From a virus (taxonomy: Duplodnaviria; Caudoviricetes): a stretch of 59,131 nucleotides of DNA. The stretch is from the IMG/VR virus record IMGVR_UViG_3300034283_001738, positions 1-59,131 of that record, one strand, 5' to 3'. Below are positions 46,438-55,000 of the stretch, piece by piece. The position numbers and the translations under genes were made by a program. Position 1 is the first letter of the stretch. Each line of letters opens with the position of its first letter. Under the pieces are notes generated by a model that was given only the letters and a program-made list of their open reading frames with translations, searched no databases and was not told the origin of the DNA.

Positions 46438-46655
46438 AAGATACTGTTAAGAGATGGTTTGGTTTTCCGACAGTTGCTGATTATCAAAAGCAGCTAATTG
46501 CCAAGCTAGAAGAAATTGAAGCAGAAGAAAATAAGGTAAAGGTTGCCAAGAAGGCACCAGCCAAGAAGGCACCAGCCAAGAAGGCACCAGCCAAGAAGGC
46601 ACCAGCCAAGAAGGCACCAGCCAAGAAGGCACCAGCCAAGAAGAAGGCTAAGTAG
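46431..46655 (+). CDS. Histone H1-like Lys/Ala/Pro-tail protein
   Basis: (AKKAP)6 tail. Confidence 0.75.
   Translation: MLKDTVKRWFGFPTVADYQKQLIAKLEEIEAEENKVKVAKKAPAKKAPAKKAPAKKAPAKKAPAKKAPAKKKAK
46545..46643 (+). repeat. Perfect 15-bp tandem repeat, 6.6 copies
   Basis: GCCAAGAAGGCACCA identical in all copies. Confidence 0.97.
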
Positions 46656-46873
46656 TGGAATCCAGAAAGCGTAGTTTGCTAAAGACTTTAAGTTGGGAAA
46701 CATTTCATCTAGTAGGTGTTGCTGGAATAATTGCAATTGTAACCTATTTAATTACTGGAGAGGTAGAGTATGAGTATGCTACTCTAGGAGCCCTAGGATA
46801 CATATTGTGGGAGTCAATTGGATATTTTCTGCACGAAAGAGTATGGGCCAAATTTGGCCATAAAGTAGATTAA
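46655..46873 (+). CDS. DUF2061-like small membrane protein
   Basis: ESRKRSLLKTLSWE...YFLHERVW. Confidence 0.75.
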   Translation: MESRKRSLLKTLSWETFHLVGVAGIIAIVTYLITGEVEYEYATLGALGYILWESIGYFLHERVWAKFGHKVD

Positions 46874-46995
46874 TGGATATATTAGATCAGTGCGAAATGC
46901 CTGGCTGTGAGGGCCAGGCAGAGCATATAACTGCTACAGAAACAAAGTTTATACAGGTCTGTAAGGACTGCTATAATAAAAAATATAAGAAATGA
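46873..46995 (+). CDS. 40-aa Zn-binding micro-protein (not in ORF track)
   Basis: CEMPGC...CKDC; TAATG-coupled. Confidence 0.6.
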   Translation: MDILDQCEMPGCEGQAEHITATETKFIQVCKDCYNKKYKK

Positions 46996-47050
46996 TATAA
47001 TTACATAATAAGCGGACTTCTAGACCCGCTTAAATACAACCTATAGGAGT
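46993..47050 (+). promoter_or_regulatory. Extended -10 promoter, 5' hairpin and SD for the micro-ORF operon
   Basis: TGATATAAT; TAAGCGG...CCGCTTA at 47009-47032; AGGAG. Confidence 0.55.
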
Positions 47051-47056
47051 AATAAA

Positions 47057-47215
47057 ATGTCAGACGGAAAAAACTTAAACGGATTCAATGAAACAAAGCC
47101 TTCAGCCGCTGGAGTGTGGAATGGTGTTCAGTATGCATCAGACCCAAAGCAAGCTTTCCCAGCAACAGATAAGTCTTCACAAGACGGCGCTGGATTAAAT
47201 AACGGCGGTAAGTAA
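47057..47215 (+). CDS. 52-aa low-complexity peptide (not in ORF track)
   Basis: MSDGKNLNGFNETKPSAAGVWNGVQYASDPKQAFPATDKSSQDGAGLNNGGK; strong SD. Confidence 0.7.
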   Translation: MSDGKNLNGFNETKPSAAGVWNGVQYASDPKQAFPATDKSSQDGAGLNNGGK

Positions 47216-47216
47216 T

Positions 47217-47309
47217 ATGTGCGTTGAATGTGGATGCCAAATGGTTGGCAGCGAAACTGGAATCAAAGATGTAAGCATTTCAGATGTTTCCAATCAAGGT
47301 GATAAGTAA
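47217..47309 (+). CDS. 30-aa MCxECGC peptide 1 (not in ORF track)
   Basis: MCVECGCQMVGSETGIKDVSISDVSNQGDK. Confidence 0.65.
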   Translation: MCVECGCQMVGSETGIKDVSISDVSNQGDK

Positions 47310-47404
47310 TGTGCCTTGAATGCGGATGTCAATCATCAGAAGATACTCAAAGAGAATCTTCTAATGCAGTTACAAGTAATTCAGTTAAAGGAAACTCAAA
47401 CTAA
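47309..47404 (+). CDS. 31-aa MCxECGC peptide 2 (not in ORF track)
   Basis: MCLECGCQSSEDTQRESSNAVTSNSVKGNSN; TAATG coupling at both ends. Confidence 0.65.
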   Translation: MCLECGCQSSEDTQRESSNAVTSNSVKGNSN

Positions 47405-47769
47405 TGAAGGCATACCTTCAGATAACTAATTATGTATCAAAAGCTTCCATCAAAGAAGGAGATTTTGTTGTAACATCAGATGATGATGATGTTATTGCTG
47501 GAAGAGTAGAGCACGTAATGACTGAAGGTATGTTTGGTATTGAAGATTCAGAATATTCAATTGAAGCTTCTCAGGAAGATCCCGCAATACTTATAAGAAA
47601 ATTTGAGCAAGAAGAGGAAAGTGGTTTGTGGGAGGAGACGCCTTGGCTTATTGGTAAGCCTGCAAAAATGTGTACTCCGATACAAATGCTTCCTTTAGAA
47701 GAAGAATCGATGTCCAAAGGGTATTGGACTGGAATGTTCGATCCGAAAGGATTAATTAAAAATGTCTGA
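47404..47769 (+). CDS. SH3/Tudor-like (DUF2945-like) acidic protein
   Basis: IKEGDFV...GRVEHV...ASQEDPAILIR. Confidence 0.55.
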   Translation: MKAYLQITNYVSKASIKEGDFVVTSDDDDVIAGRVEHVMTEGMFGIEDSEYSIEASQEDPAILIRKFEQEEESGLWEETPWLIGKPAKMCTPIQMLPLEEESMSKGYWTGMFDPKGLIKNV

Positions 47770-47977
47770 AAATGGAACTGGCATGAGTTCTCCAGTTAAT
47801 TCTAGTCCAGCTGGTGCAGTAACTTCATCTGAGGCTACTAGAAAGCACCCAAAGCAAGGTAAATTTGTTTCTGGAGTTAATAATAAAAAGAACACCATGA
47901 AGATAGATACAAACAAGCATGGTATTAGAAGAGAAACTAGCACTCAGCCTAAAAAAGTCGGAAGAAAGAAAGTCTAA
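47762..47977 (+). CDS. Small basic disordered protein
   Basis: 71 aa; Lys/Arg-rich C-terminus. Confidence 0.6.
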   Translation: MSENGTGMSSPVNSSPAGAVTSSEATRKHPKQGKFVSGVNNKKNTMKIDTNKHGIRRETSTQPKKVGRKKV

Positions 47978-48132
47978 TGTCTTCTGGAAAAGGAAAAGGA
48001 AGTTATCCTTTTAATCCGACACAAATAAAAAATGGTAAAATAGTTAGACTAAGAAAAGATGGAACAGTAAAAGCTATTTTAGATGATTACAAGGTCAAGC
48101 ATCCAAAAAATAATGTGCAAAAAGGAAAGTAG
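47977..48132 (+). CDS. 51-aa basic protein (not in ORF track)
   Basis: MSSGKGKGSYPFNPTQIKNGKIVRLRKDGTVK...; TAATG-coupled. Confidence 0.6.
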   Translation: MSSGKGKGSYPFNPTQIKNGKIVRLRKDGTVKAILDDYKVKHPKNNVQKGK

Positions 48133-48208
48133 TTCTAGCGAACTTTATATTGATATTCTTAGATCGATAGACGATCATATAGATAAAACAGAAGAATTGG
48201 AAGTTTAG
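48113..48208 (+). CDS. 31-aa hypothetical peptide (not in ORF track)
   Basis: MCKKESSSSELYIDILRSIDDHIDKTEELEV; fills the gap to 48210. Confidence 0.35.
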   Translation: MCKKESSSSELYIDILRSIDDHIDKTEELEV

Positions 48209-48209
48209 T

Positions 48210-48407
48210 TTGAGAAAGTTGATAAATGGCAAAGAGGCGGAAGAGTTCTCGACAGCCACAGATTTAACAATTCATACTAAATGTCCATCAAAGTGGATAC
48301 TCATGGACTTGGAAACAGGCCAAGTATACAGAGGTTTGAGAGACCCAGGACCATATGGTAAATGGGAAAGACTTGACGAGGAGCTAAAAGATTATGGAAT
48401 CAAATAA
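48210..48407 (+). CDS. Hypothetical protein
   Basis: 65 aa; TKCPSKWILMDLETGQVYRG. Confidence 0.65.
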   Translation: MRKLINGKEAEEFSTATDLTIHTKCPSKWILMDLETGQVYRGLRDPGPYGKWERLDEELKDYGIK

Positions 48408-49200
48408 TTTCGTAATAGAAAAAATACACGATAAGGTGTGGGCTTTTAAGAATGTTTTTTCTAAGGGAAATGAAATGATTAAGCACTATCAGGATACATT
48501 TCCAGAAGAGTGGGTAGGCTGGTATGGCTTTGGAGATCATATTTTGATCCCACTACCTGGTGAAAGATATGAATCTTTCCCGACTCAAGAAGAGTGGAAT
48601 AATTTAATAGCAGACATTGATGATCGTAAATCTAATAATGTTTATGTGAAAGAATTAATGCAAAATTTTTACGATGTTACAAAACAATATTGTGAAGGAA
48701 CTAACACAAGTCTTGAAAACTGGTGTTGGCAGTCAATAGATATAGCCTGCTATAAAGATGGTATAGGCGTAAACGACAAGCAAGGCATGAACTATCATAC
48801 TGATTTTCAAGAAGAAAGAAAAGACGAGCCAGGATATAAGTTTGGTGTAACATGTCTGTTTTATTTAAATGATGACTATGAAGATGGCGGGCTAAGATTT
48901 ATAGTACTGAATGATGATAGAACTGAAGTACTAGAAAGTTTTTCATACAAGCCTTCCGCAGGAGATGTGCTAGTATTCCCATCAAGACACCCTTTTTACC
49001 ACTCATCAGATATTGCTAAAAATGGAATAAAGCACTTGGTCAGAACATATTGGAGATATGAGTTCCCAGGAACAGAAGAATTTTTAAATGAAAGAGCTCA
49101 ATATGAAGAAGAAGATTGGGCTTTGTTGTTGAAAGAAAGACAGAAAAGCAAGTCTTTTGAAATTGGTCAAGTACTTAACCAATGGAATGGCGTACTGTGA
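48394..49200 (+). CDS. 2OG-Fe(II) oxygenase, prolyl-4-hydroxylase-like
   Basis: HTD, YLNDDYEDGGL, KPSAGDVLVFPS, YH, K. Confidence 0.88.
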   Translation: MESNNFVIEKIHDKVWAFKNVFSKGNEMIKHYQDTFPEEWVGWYGFGDHILIPLPGERYESFPTQEEWNNLIADIDDRKSNNVYVKELMQNFYDVTKQYCEGTNTSLENWCWQSIDIACYKDGIGVNDKQGMNYHTDFQEERKDEPGYKFGVTCLFYLNDDYEDGGLRFIVLNDDRTEVLESFSYKPSAGDVLVFPSRHPFYHSSDIAKNGIKHLVRTYWRYEFPGTEEFLNERAQYEEEDWALLLKERQKSKSFEIGQVLNQWNGVL

Positions 49201-49337
49201 TAAAAAATATACCCCCTTGCTTTTTTTGTGAGTACCCAGCAGAATATATGGGTGAAGTAGTTGAAGTAGAGGGACTTATGAAAGTCGTAGAGGTTTGTAA
49301 AAAACACTACACGGGAGCTTCAGAGGCGTCGTCTTGA
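49197..49337 (+). CDS. 46-aa Zn-binding micro-protein (not in ORF track)
   Basis: GTGA and TTGA overlaps; CFFC...CKKH. Confidence 0.55.
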   Translation: MIKNIPPCFFCEYPAEYMGEVVEVEGLMKVVEVCKKHYTGASEASS

Positions 49338-50143
49338 AACAACTATACTTTCTACATATACCAAAAACAGCTGGCATGTATGTATCTAAAAACATAAAAA
49401 GATCTTTGGAAGATAGTGGTAAAAAGAGTTATATAAGTACTTACTTCCCAAATAATAATTTTTTTCAGAATAAAACTTATATATCGATGCATGCTGGAAC
49501 ATATCCGATTGATGTAGTGCCAGGAATAGATGTTGCTACAATTATCAGAGACCCAATTTCTGCTAGAGCAAGCTACTTTAATTTCATATATAATAAGTCT
49601 TTGCATTCTAGAAATGAATATAAGGATATTAAGTATGTAGAAGATAAGTTTAAGTACTATCTTTTTGAAGATAAAAATTTTGAAATACATAATAATTATC
49701 AATCTAGGTTTATATGTAACTCAGCAGATAGCAGATCTTTTGACCCAGTTTCATTTTATAAAAATGACTGGCAAGAAATGATGAAGCCATTTTTAAAAGA
49801 GGGTAAGGCATTTACTTGGTTTGTTGAAAATAACAATACATCATTAGATAATGCAGTTAATAATATAAACAATTTTAGTATAGTAAATACTTTAGATAGA
49901 ATTGATATTTTTGAAAATAAAGTATCTGAATGGTTTAAGTCAAATCACGGAATTGAAATAGTTTTTAATAAAGATGAGGTTGTAAATAAAAGTGAAGCTG
50001 ATTATGGTTATGGACAAACTGTGACTACTCCTGATTTAATTAAAACCTTAAGTGCTGAGGAAAAAGAAAAAGTTTTAAAAAATAATTATATAGATTCATA
50101 TATATATAATTATGTAAAAGAAATTGAAAGTAAGACCCTGTGA
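49334..50143 (+). CDS. Sulfotransferase (Sulfotransfer_2-like)
   Basis: 5'-PSB loop FLHIPKTAG; 3'-PB IRDPISARASYF; C-terminal NYID..IY. Confidence 0.82.
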   Translation: MKQLYFLHIPKTAGMYVSKNIKRSLEDSGKKSYISTYFPNNNFFQNKTYISMHAGTYPIDVVPGIDVATIIRDPISARASYFNFIYNKSLHSRNEYKDIKYVEDKFKYYLFEDKNFEIHNNYQSRFICNSADSRSFDPVSFYKNDWQEMMKPFLKEGKAFTWFVENNNTSLDNAVNNINNFSIVNTLDRIDIFENKVSEWFKSNHGIEIVFNKDEVVNKSEADYGYGQTVTTPDLIKTLSAEEKEKVLKNNYIDSYIYNYVKEIESKTL

Positions 50144-50688
50144 ATATAAACAAATCAAATGAAGAATTTAATTATAAGATGCACGGCTCTTTTGATGTGT
50201 CTGGCATTGCAGCATGCTTAGAATCATATTCTGATCAATGGCTCAGACGAGCTCGTGATGGGTTTAGCAAAACTACATCCTTTTTCATTTATGATCATCC
50301 AATCATATGGTCAATTCAAGAAAATTTTAAACCTAAAGTAATTGATAATAATAAAGAAATGCATGACCTTTTGAGTCCAATAATTACATACTTAGAGGGC
50401 ATACATAATGGAAAAGTTGCAAAGTGTTTGTTTGTAAAGTTGCCCGCAGGCGAAAATGTTGAGCCTCATGTAGACAAAATGAATTATCTTGGGGTTGTTA
50501 GAAGGCACCATATCGCAATTCAGACTAATGATCAGGTTTTGTTTTTTGTAAATAATGAGGAAAAAAATATGAAGGTTGGAGATTGTTGGGAAGTTAATAA
50601 TAACAAGGAGCATGCTGTTAAAAATTTGGGGCAAACTGACAGGATCCATTTAATGATAGACATAATGCCTAATCAGTTTATAAAATAA
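50140..50688 (+). CDS. Aspartyl/asparaginyl beta-hydroxylase-like 2OG oxygenase
   Basis: PHVD, RHHIAI, GDCWEVNN...HAV, DRIHL. Confidence 0.85.
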   Translation: MNINKSNEEFNYKMHGSFDVSGIAACLESYSDQWLRRARDGFSKTTSFFIYDHPIIWSIQENFKPKVIDNNKEMHDLLSPIITYLEGIHNGKVAKCLFVKLPAGENVEPHVDKMNYLGVVRRHHIAIQTNDQVLFFVNNEEKNMKVGDCWEVNNNKEHAVKNLGQTDRIHLMIDIMPNQFIK

Positions 50689-50740
50689 TGTATTTGAATA
50701 TTCTATTGACAACTTTAGGGTTTAATTATATACTTAACAA

Positions 50741-51100
50741 ATGAGAAATTTTTTAGATGATTCAATTGTAGAGCATAAGTCAAGGCCGCCTCTAAGATGG
50801 CTGGCTAACTGGGCGGGATCAATAGCCTCTGGTGCAATTCTAAAAGTATCATTTATGGAAGAGGATGGGTACATAGGCTGGAAGTACAATTATAATGGAT
50901 GGCTATGGGATAAGTTTTGGCCAATATACGAAAAATATGGAACAACATATAGACTAAGATTAGATTTGTCAGGAAAAGCTTGGGACGATTATGATGAAAA
51001 CGGAGTTCCATATTGGGAAAAGTTGGGTGTAGTTGATCCAGATTATTATGAATGGGATTACGAGGATGATAATGGAGATGCTTTTAGAGTAATTAAATGA
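50741..51100 (+). CDS. Trp/Asp-rich hypothetical protein
   Basis: 119 aa; leaderless promoter TTGACA-17-TATACT at 50706-50734. Confidence 0.7.
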   Translation: MRNFLDDSIVEHKSRPPLRWLANWAGSIASGAILKVSFMEEDGYIGWKYNYNGWLWDKFWPIYEKYGTTYRLRLDLSGKAWDDYDENGVPYWEKLGVVDPDYYEWDYEDDNGDAFRVIK

Positions 51101-51282
51101 AATTTTGTATTCATGTTTACAGCGTAATGAATCAACCTCTCTGCCCAGAGTGTGGCAAACCTACACATGAAACAGATTTTCAACAACAAGTAAGGCTACA
51201 TAAGAAATGGATAGAAGACGGAAAGCATTTAGAAATGCAGTGTCCTATGGGAGGCACAATTCGTGGTTGGTGGGACATATAA
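51097..51282 (+). CDS. Small Cys/His protein
   Basis: CIH...CPECG..TH; ATGA overlap. Confidence 0.65.
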   Translation: MKFCIHVYSVMNQPLCPECGKPTHETDFQQQVRLHKKWIEDGKHLEMQCPMGGTIRGWWDI

Positions 51283-51326
51283 TAAGGTTATTGTCCCCTT
51301 TATTTTGAAATGGTATAATATTAGCT

Positions 51327-52109
51327 ATGAACAATAATCTAAAAATACACGATATGCCAGGTGGCATAATTTACATAGAAAACGCATTTCCAAGGGCTAA
51401 AGAATTTCTTGATGCAATAGAATTAGAAAATGAAAACTCTGACATACACTCAGTTGTTCCTAGTTGGAGCAAGTGGGTTGATGGATATCCTGTTTCTTTA
51501 GATCCAGAAGACTTGACCAAATGGGATCATGTTTTTCCAGATAACGAGCACTCTCATAGAGGCGTACATAAGTCATTTGATTGGGACTTAACTATAAATG
51601 AAAGAAATACTCACTGGCCTAGAATAGAAATTAAAGAAGATTACAGTGAAGCTCACTCAAGGGCATACAAATTAATAGAAATGATTGAAAATGATTATGT
51701 CGAACTTCTAAAGATATGGGCAGAAAAAACTAATAATAAGATGCCAGAAAGAATAACAAGAAATTATTGTTTGAGAAGGTACAGAGTTGGCGGAAAGATG
51801 GGGCCACATATTGATAGAAACATTCTAAATCCTAAAAATACTATGGATTGGACATCTCTTATTTATTTAGATGATGACTACGAAGGCGGAGAAATAGTTT
51901 TTGATGACTATGGATATTCAATTAAGCCAAGTGCTGGGAGCATAGTATTTCTTCCATGTTTAGCTTCGCACAGCGTCAATGAAGTCTTATCAGGTAAAAA
52001 GACATACATATTTTTATTTATGCATACTGGAACTGGAATAACAACAGCTCTAGGTGAACCCTATCATGAATTAGAGGAAAAAATAGTAGCAAGTTTAAAC
52101 GAAAAGTAA
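51327..52109 (+). CDS. 2OG-Fe(II) oxygenase, prolyl-4-hydroxylase-like
   Basis: PHID, YLDDDYEGGEI, KPSAGS, SHSV, K. Confidence 0.88.
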   Translation: MNNNLKIHDMPGGIIYIENAFPRAKEFLDAIELENENSDIHSVVPSWSKWVDGYPVSLDPEDLTKWDHVFPDNEHSHRGVHKSFDWDLTINERNTHWPRIEIKEDYSEAHSRAYKLIEMIENDYVELLKIWAEKTNNKMPERITRNYCLRRYRVGGKMGPHIDRNILNPKNTMDWTSLIYLDDDYEGGEIVFDDYGYSIKPSAGSIVFLPCLASHSVNEVLSGKKTYIFLFMHTGTGITTALGEPYHELEEKIVASLNEK

Positions 52110-52114
52110 TTTAA

Positions 52115-52600
52115 ATGAATTTTCAGTCTGAATCTAAAAGGTCTGGGGATGAGTTCGAGGATCTTGTTCTGCTAGATCTTAAATCTCGTGGATTTATACA
52201 AATAGATAAAAACATAAGCATACCTGGAACTGGTTGTGAAGTTGATTTTTTAGCACACAAATATTACAGGCCCTGTAGTTATGCACCAGAGATGTCTATT
52301 ATTGAGTATGTAGAGTCAAAGGGTGGCAAGGCAGAAAAGGGTAAAAGGCCTGGTGCTCAAAGGACAGACAATGTAAAGAAGGCTATAGCCAATGGCGCCT
52401 TAATTAAAGCTAAGTATCCTGAAGCCTATTTTGTGGTATATTTTTCAGCAAAACCATTTACAAATAGTTCTTCTGCAGATATGATAGATACAGCGCTTTG
52501 CCATAAAATTATAGATGAAGTTAGATATATTACTGATAGAGAGTCACATAACAATCAATTAGATTTATTTAGCGATCCAGAAAGTGAAGCGGAAAAGTAG
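52115..52600 (+). CDS. PD-(D/E)XK restriction-endonuclease-like protein
   Basis: GDEFE, EVDF, VESKGG. Confidence 0.7.
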   Translation: MNFQSESKRSGDEFEDLVLLDLKSRGFIQIDKNISIPGTGCEVDFLAHKYYRPCSYAPEMSIIEYVESKGGKAEKGKRPGAQRTDNVKKAIANGALIKAKYPEAYFVVYFSAKPFTNSSSADMIDTALCHKIIDEVRYITDRESHNNQLDLFSDPESEAEK

Positions 52601-52601
52601 A
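52577..52601 (+). repeat. 25-bp direct repeat, copy 1
   Basis: CCAGAAAGTGAAGCGGAAAAGTAGA, identical to 55001-55025. Confidence 0.9.
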
Positions 52602-52637
52602 CAGGGTATTGACAGTACCTGTCTGTAATTGTATAAT
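52599..52637 (+). promoter_or_regulatory. Sigma-70-type promoter with an inverted repeat around the -35
   Basis: TTGACA(52609)-17-TATAAT; AGACAGGGTA...TACCTGTCT flanks the -35. Confidence 0.7.
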
Positions 52638-52645
52638 ATAGTAAT

Positions 52646-52777
52646 ATGAAAAAAATAATTATTTTATCTTTAGCAGCGTTCACTGCAGCATTTGGAACGT
52701 ATAGAGCATTTAAGGAGTTAGCTGATGCTATGGAAAATTGGGACATGGAGTGGGAAGAGGCGGAAGAAGCAGAATGA
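52646..52777 (+). CDS. 43-aa membrane micro-protein (not in ORF track)
   Basis: MKKIIILSLAAFTAAFGTYRAF...EWEEAEEAE. Confidence 0.6.
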   Translation: MKKIIILSLAAFTAAFGTYRAFKELADAMENWDMEWEEAEEAE

Positions 52778-52863
52778 TGTTTCTTCTGGGAATTATTTCG
52801 GTGTATATAGCAATAGTTCTGGCAAATATAACAATGCATTATTTGAAAAAACACCTGCCATGA
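52774..52863 (+). CDS. 29-aa single-TM peptide (not in ORF track)
   Basis: MMFLLGIISVYIAIVLANITMHYLKKHLP; ATGA overlaps on both sides. Confidence 0.5.
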   Translation: MMFLLGIISVYIAIVLANITMHYLKKHLP

Positions 52864-53120
52864 AGCATGAAGAGTTATTGGAGATGTTAACAAGAACACA
52901 ATATTACACTCCATTAACGAAATACAAGAACTATACTTTAGTAGACGCTTTACTATCAGTTGTTAAGCTACACAGTCCAGTATCCATACCAGGAAGGCCA
53001 GAAGGCCCAACATGGTGCGAACAATGTGCTGGAAGCAAAAGCTGTGAGGGTGGCAGATTTTATTACATGTACCCTTGTCCAACCATTCAGGCCATCTACA
53101 AAGAGCTTTCGGATGGCTAA
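52860..53120 (+). CDS. Zn-binding hypothetical protein
   Basis: LHSP...CEQC...YPCPTIQAI, an actinophage-type motif. Confidence 0.65.
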   Translation: MKHEELLEMLTRTQYYTPLTKYKNYTLVDALLSVVKLHSPVSIPGRPEGPTWCEQCAGSKSCEGGRFYYMYPCPTIQAIYKELSDG

Positions 53121-53409
53121 GGATCCAATGCAAGAGGCATACCTGAAACATTTGAGGGAGCGGAATGTAAGGGTTGCCAGCGAGTGCTCTTTTATTGTTA
53201 AAAGATGCTCTCAGGATCCAGGTTATAAATGTGGTAAGCAGACAGTTGGGATAAATTCTGACGGTTATAGGATAAACTTTGTTTGTGAGGAACATCATCG
53301 AGATATGATTGCTCTTAGAATAGACACCAGCATGCCAGGAGTTGTGCATTACATTTATCCAGAAGGAAAAGATCCAGGCTTTATGAATATAACTCAAGAA
53401 AGAAAATAA
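53113..53409 (+). CDS. Hypothetical Cys-containing protein
   Basis: MAKDPM...CEEH. Confidence 0.55.
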   Translation: MAKDPMQEAYLKHLRERNVRVASECSFIVKRCSQDPGYKCGKQTVGINSDGYRINFVCEEHHRDMIALRIDTSMPGVVHYIYPEGKDPGFMNITQERK

Positions 53410-53418
53410 AAAGTAATT

Positions 53419-54165
53419 ATGGATATATACTGGTTCGAGAGAGAATATCCTATAGACAACGGAATTTCTAACAGGGCAAAAGAGCTTGAAATGAACGGTT
53501 TTGATGGGACAATGTATCCTTATGGAACCTTTATGAGTGACTACTTTATAAGAATAGCACGTCATATAGACACTCATAGTAAATTTAAATATATTGTAGC
53601 AATAAGACCGTATGTTATATCTGCTCAATATTTAAACATGATGTGTTCTTCTCTAAATGAAATATCTGCAGGAAGGGTATCTATAAACTTTTTAACGGGA
53701 TGGGTGTTAGAAATAGAGAAGTCTTTCGGTGGTATCTTGTCAGAAGTAAATGACAGTTCTTCTAACATAGAAAGATCCAACTATATGATTGATTATGCCA
53801 AGGAGTTTAAAAAGATTTCTAAGACTCCGTTTTATATATCAACCACTAATGAGTTTGTTTTTGATGCATCAACTGACAATAATTTCCCTATGATAATACC
53901 TTATTCATGGTATAAGGTTAATAGATTTAGTTTACTTAATCAGAAATATTTAGTGTCTGTAGCTCCAGTTATATCGGAAGGCGAAAAGGGCCTGCCTAAT
54001 AATCAGGACGCAGATGTATTTACAAAACAAGAATTTTTTGACTTTTTAGATAGTTGTGAGAAAAAAGGCGTACATGGAGTTTTGATCCAAGAAGAGGGCA
54101 GGAATACCGAATACAAAAAGATACTATCTTGTGTTAACGAGTACAGAAACTCCTTTAGTCGTTAG
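53419..54165 (+). CDS. Luciferase-like (LLM, SsuD-like) flavin monooxygenase, compact
   Basis: KYIVAIRPYVISAQYL...ISAGRVSINFLTG resembles the SsuD core. Confidence 0.7.
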   Translation: MDIYWFEREYPIDNGISNRAKELEMNGFDGTMYPYGTFMSDYFIRIARHIDTHSKFKYIVAIRPYVISAQYLNMMCSSLNEISAGRVSINFLTGWVLEIEKSFGGILSEVNDSSSNIERSNYMIDYAKEFKKISKTPFYISTTNEFVFDASTDNNFPMIIPYSWYKVNRFSLLNQKYLVSVAPVISEGEKGLPNNQDADVFTKQEFFDFLDSCEKKGVHGVLIQEEGRNTEYKKILSCVNEYRNSFSR

Positions 54166-54901
54166 GGGACCAAAAGTACTTGTCGTTGTTCCAAACTTCT
54201 AAGTCTAGATAATTTGATTTATATATATAATCTTTATCTGATTCAGTAAGCTGATTCCATAACTTCTCGCTATTCGGGTTCACCCATTCAACATATGGAA
54301 CTTCCTCACCTAATTCAAAACTTTGTTCGATAGGAAACTGCGATTTAAGGTATTTCATGATTTTTATTCTGTTAGCTGACACATCTTGAATTCTAATTCT
54401 AAAGTTTACTCTCTCTATCTGCTTGTAAAAAAAATCATTAAAAAGTTCTGGATCTTTTGGAGAGAGGTCTATTATTGTTGAGCTTATTGAAAACGTGTCT
54501 TGATAAGTTTGGTAATGGGCCTTTGACTGTGAGTTTATTGCAAATCTTGAGCGCACTCCTTCTGAATTGTTTAAAGATTCTAAATTTTTAAAAAAATCAT
54601 CAAGGCTTGGGTTTTTATGACCAAAAGCATACTCGCTCAAGCACCTCTTGGCGGGGTCTCTCCAGGTGCTGATTATATAAGTGTTTTCTTTTATGTACTC
54701 AGACCATCCCACGTGAGAGTTTCCATTGTGAGGAGACTTGTTTTCTACCAGATCGGACTCATCTTCTTTTCCTGTCAAAAACTTTTTTTTGAAGTCTTTA
54801 TCAAATTCAGAAGGAAGGCCCAGAGGAGACAATATATTATGCCTAAAATATCTACCACCTGTTTTAGGGATATGCATAAAATAACAGTCTTTATAGTTCA
54901 T
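54155..54901 (-). CDS. Sulfotransferase (Sulfotransfer_2-like), inverted orientation
   Basis: FMHIPKTGG; WRDPAKRCLSEY; NYLDLEVW. Confidence 0.82.
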   Translation of the reverse strand: MNYKDCYFMHIPKTGGRYFRHNILSPLGLPSEFDKDFKKKFLTGKEDESDLVENKSPHNGNSHVGWSEYIKENTYIISTWRDPAKRCLSEYAFGHKNPSLDDFFKNLESLNNSEGVRSRFAINSQSKAHYQTYQDTFSISSTIIDLSPKDPELFNDFFYKQIERVNFRIRIQDVSANRIKIMKYLKSQFPIEQSFELGEEVPYVEWVNPNSEKLWNQLTESDKDYIYKSNYLDLEVWNNDKYFWSPND

Positions 54902-54921
54902 TTATCTCCATAAATAATAAA

Positions 54922-54974
54922 AGCAATAATTTTATTGCTATAGTCAGTATATTGTTTTATATTTACTAAGTCAA
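54922..54974 (-). promoter_or_regulatory. Promoter and leader hairpin of the minus-strand sulfotransferase
   Basis: TTGACT-17-TATACT; AGCAATAA/TTATTGCT hairpin; SD GGAG. Confidence 0.6.
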
Positions 54975-55000
54975 TATATTTATAATATAAATATAGGCGC

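Noticed and set aside
46545-46643. 15-bp tandem repeat as a CRISPR array
   Set aside because: No spacers; it is an in-frame coding repeat.
44912-46736. Minus-strand ORFs 44912-45532, 46447-46632 and 46506-46736
   Set aside because: Antisense shadows of Ala-rich or repeat-coding plus-strand genes.
52963-53628. 221-aa minus-strand ORF
   Set aside because: Overlaps three coupled plus-strand genes and has no recognisable motif.
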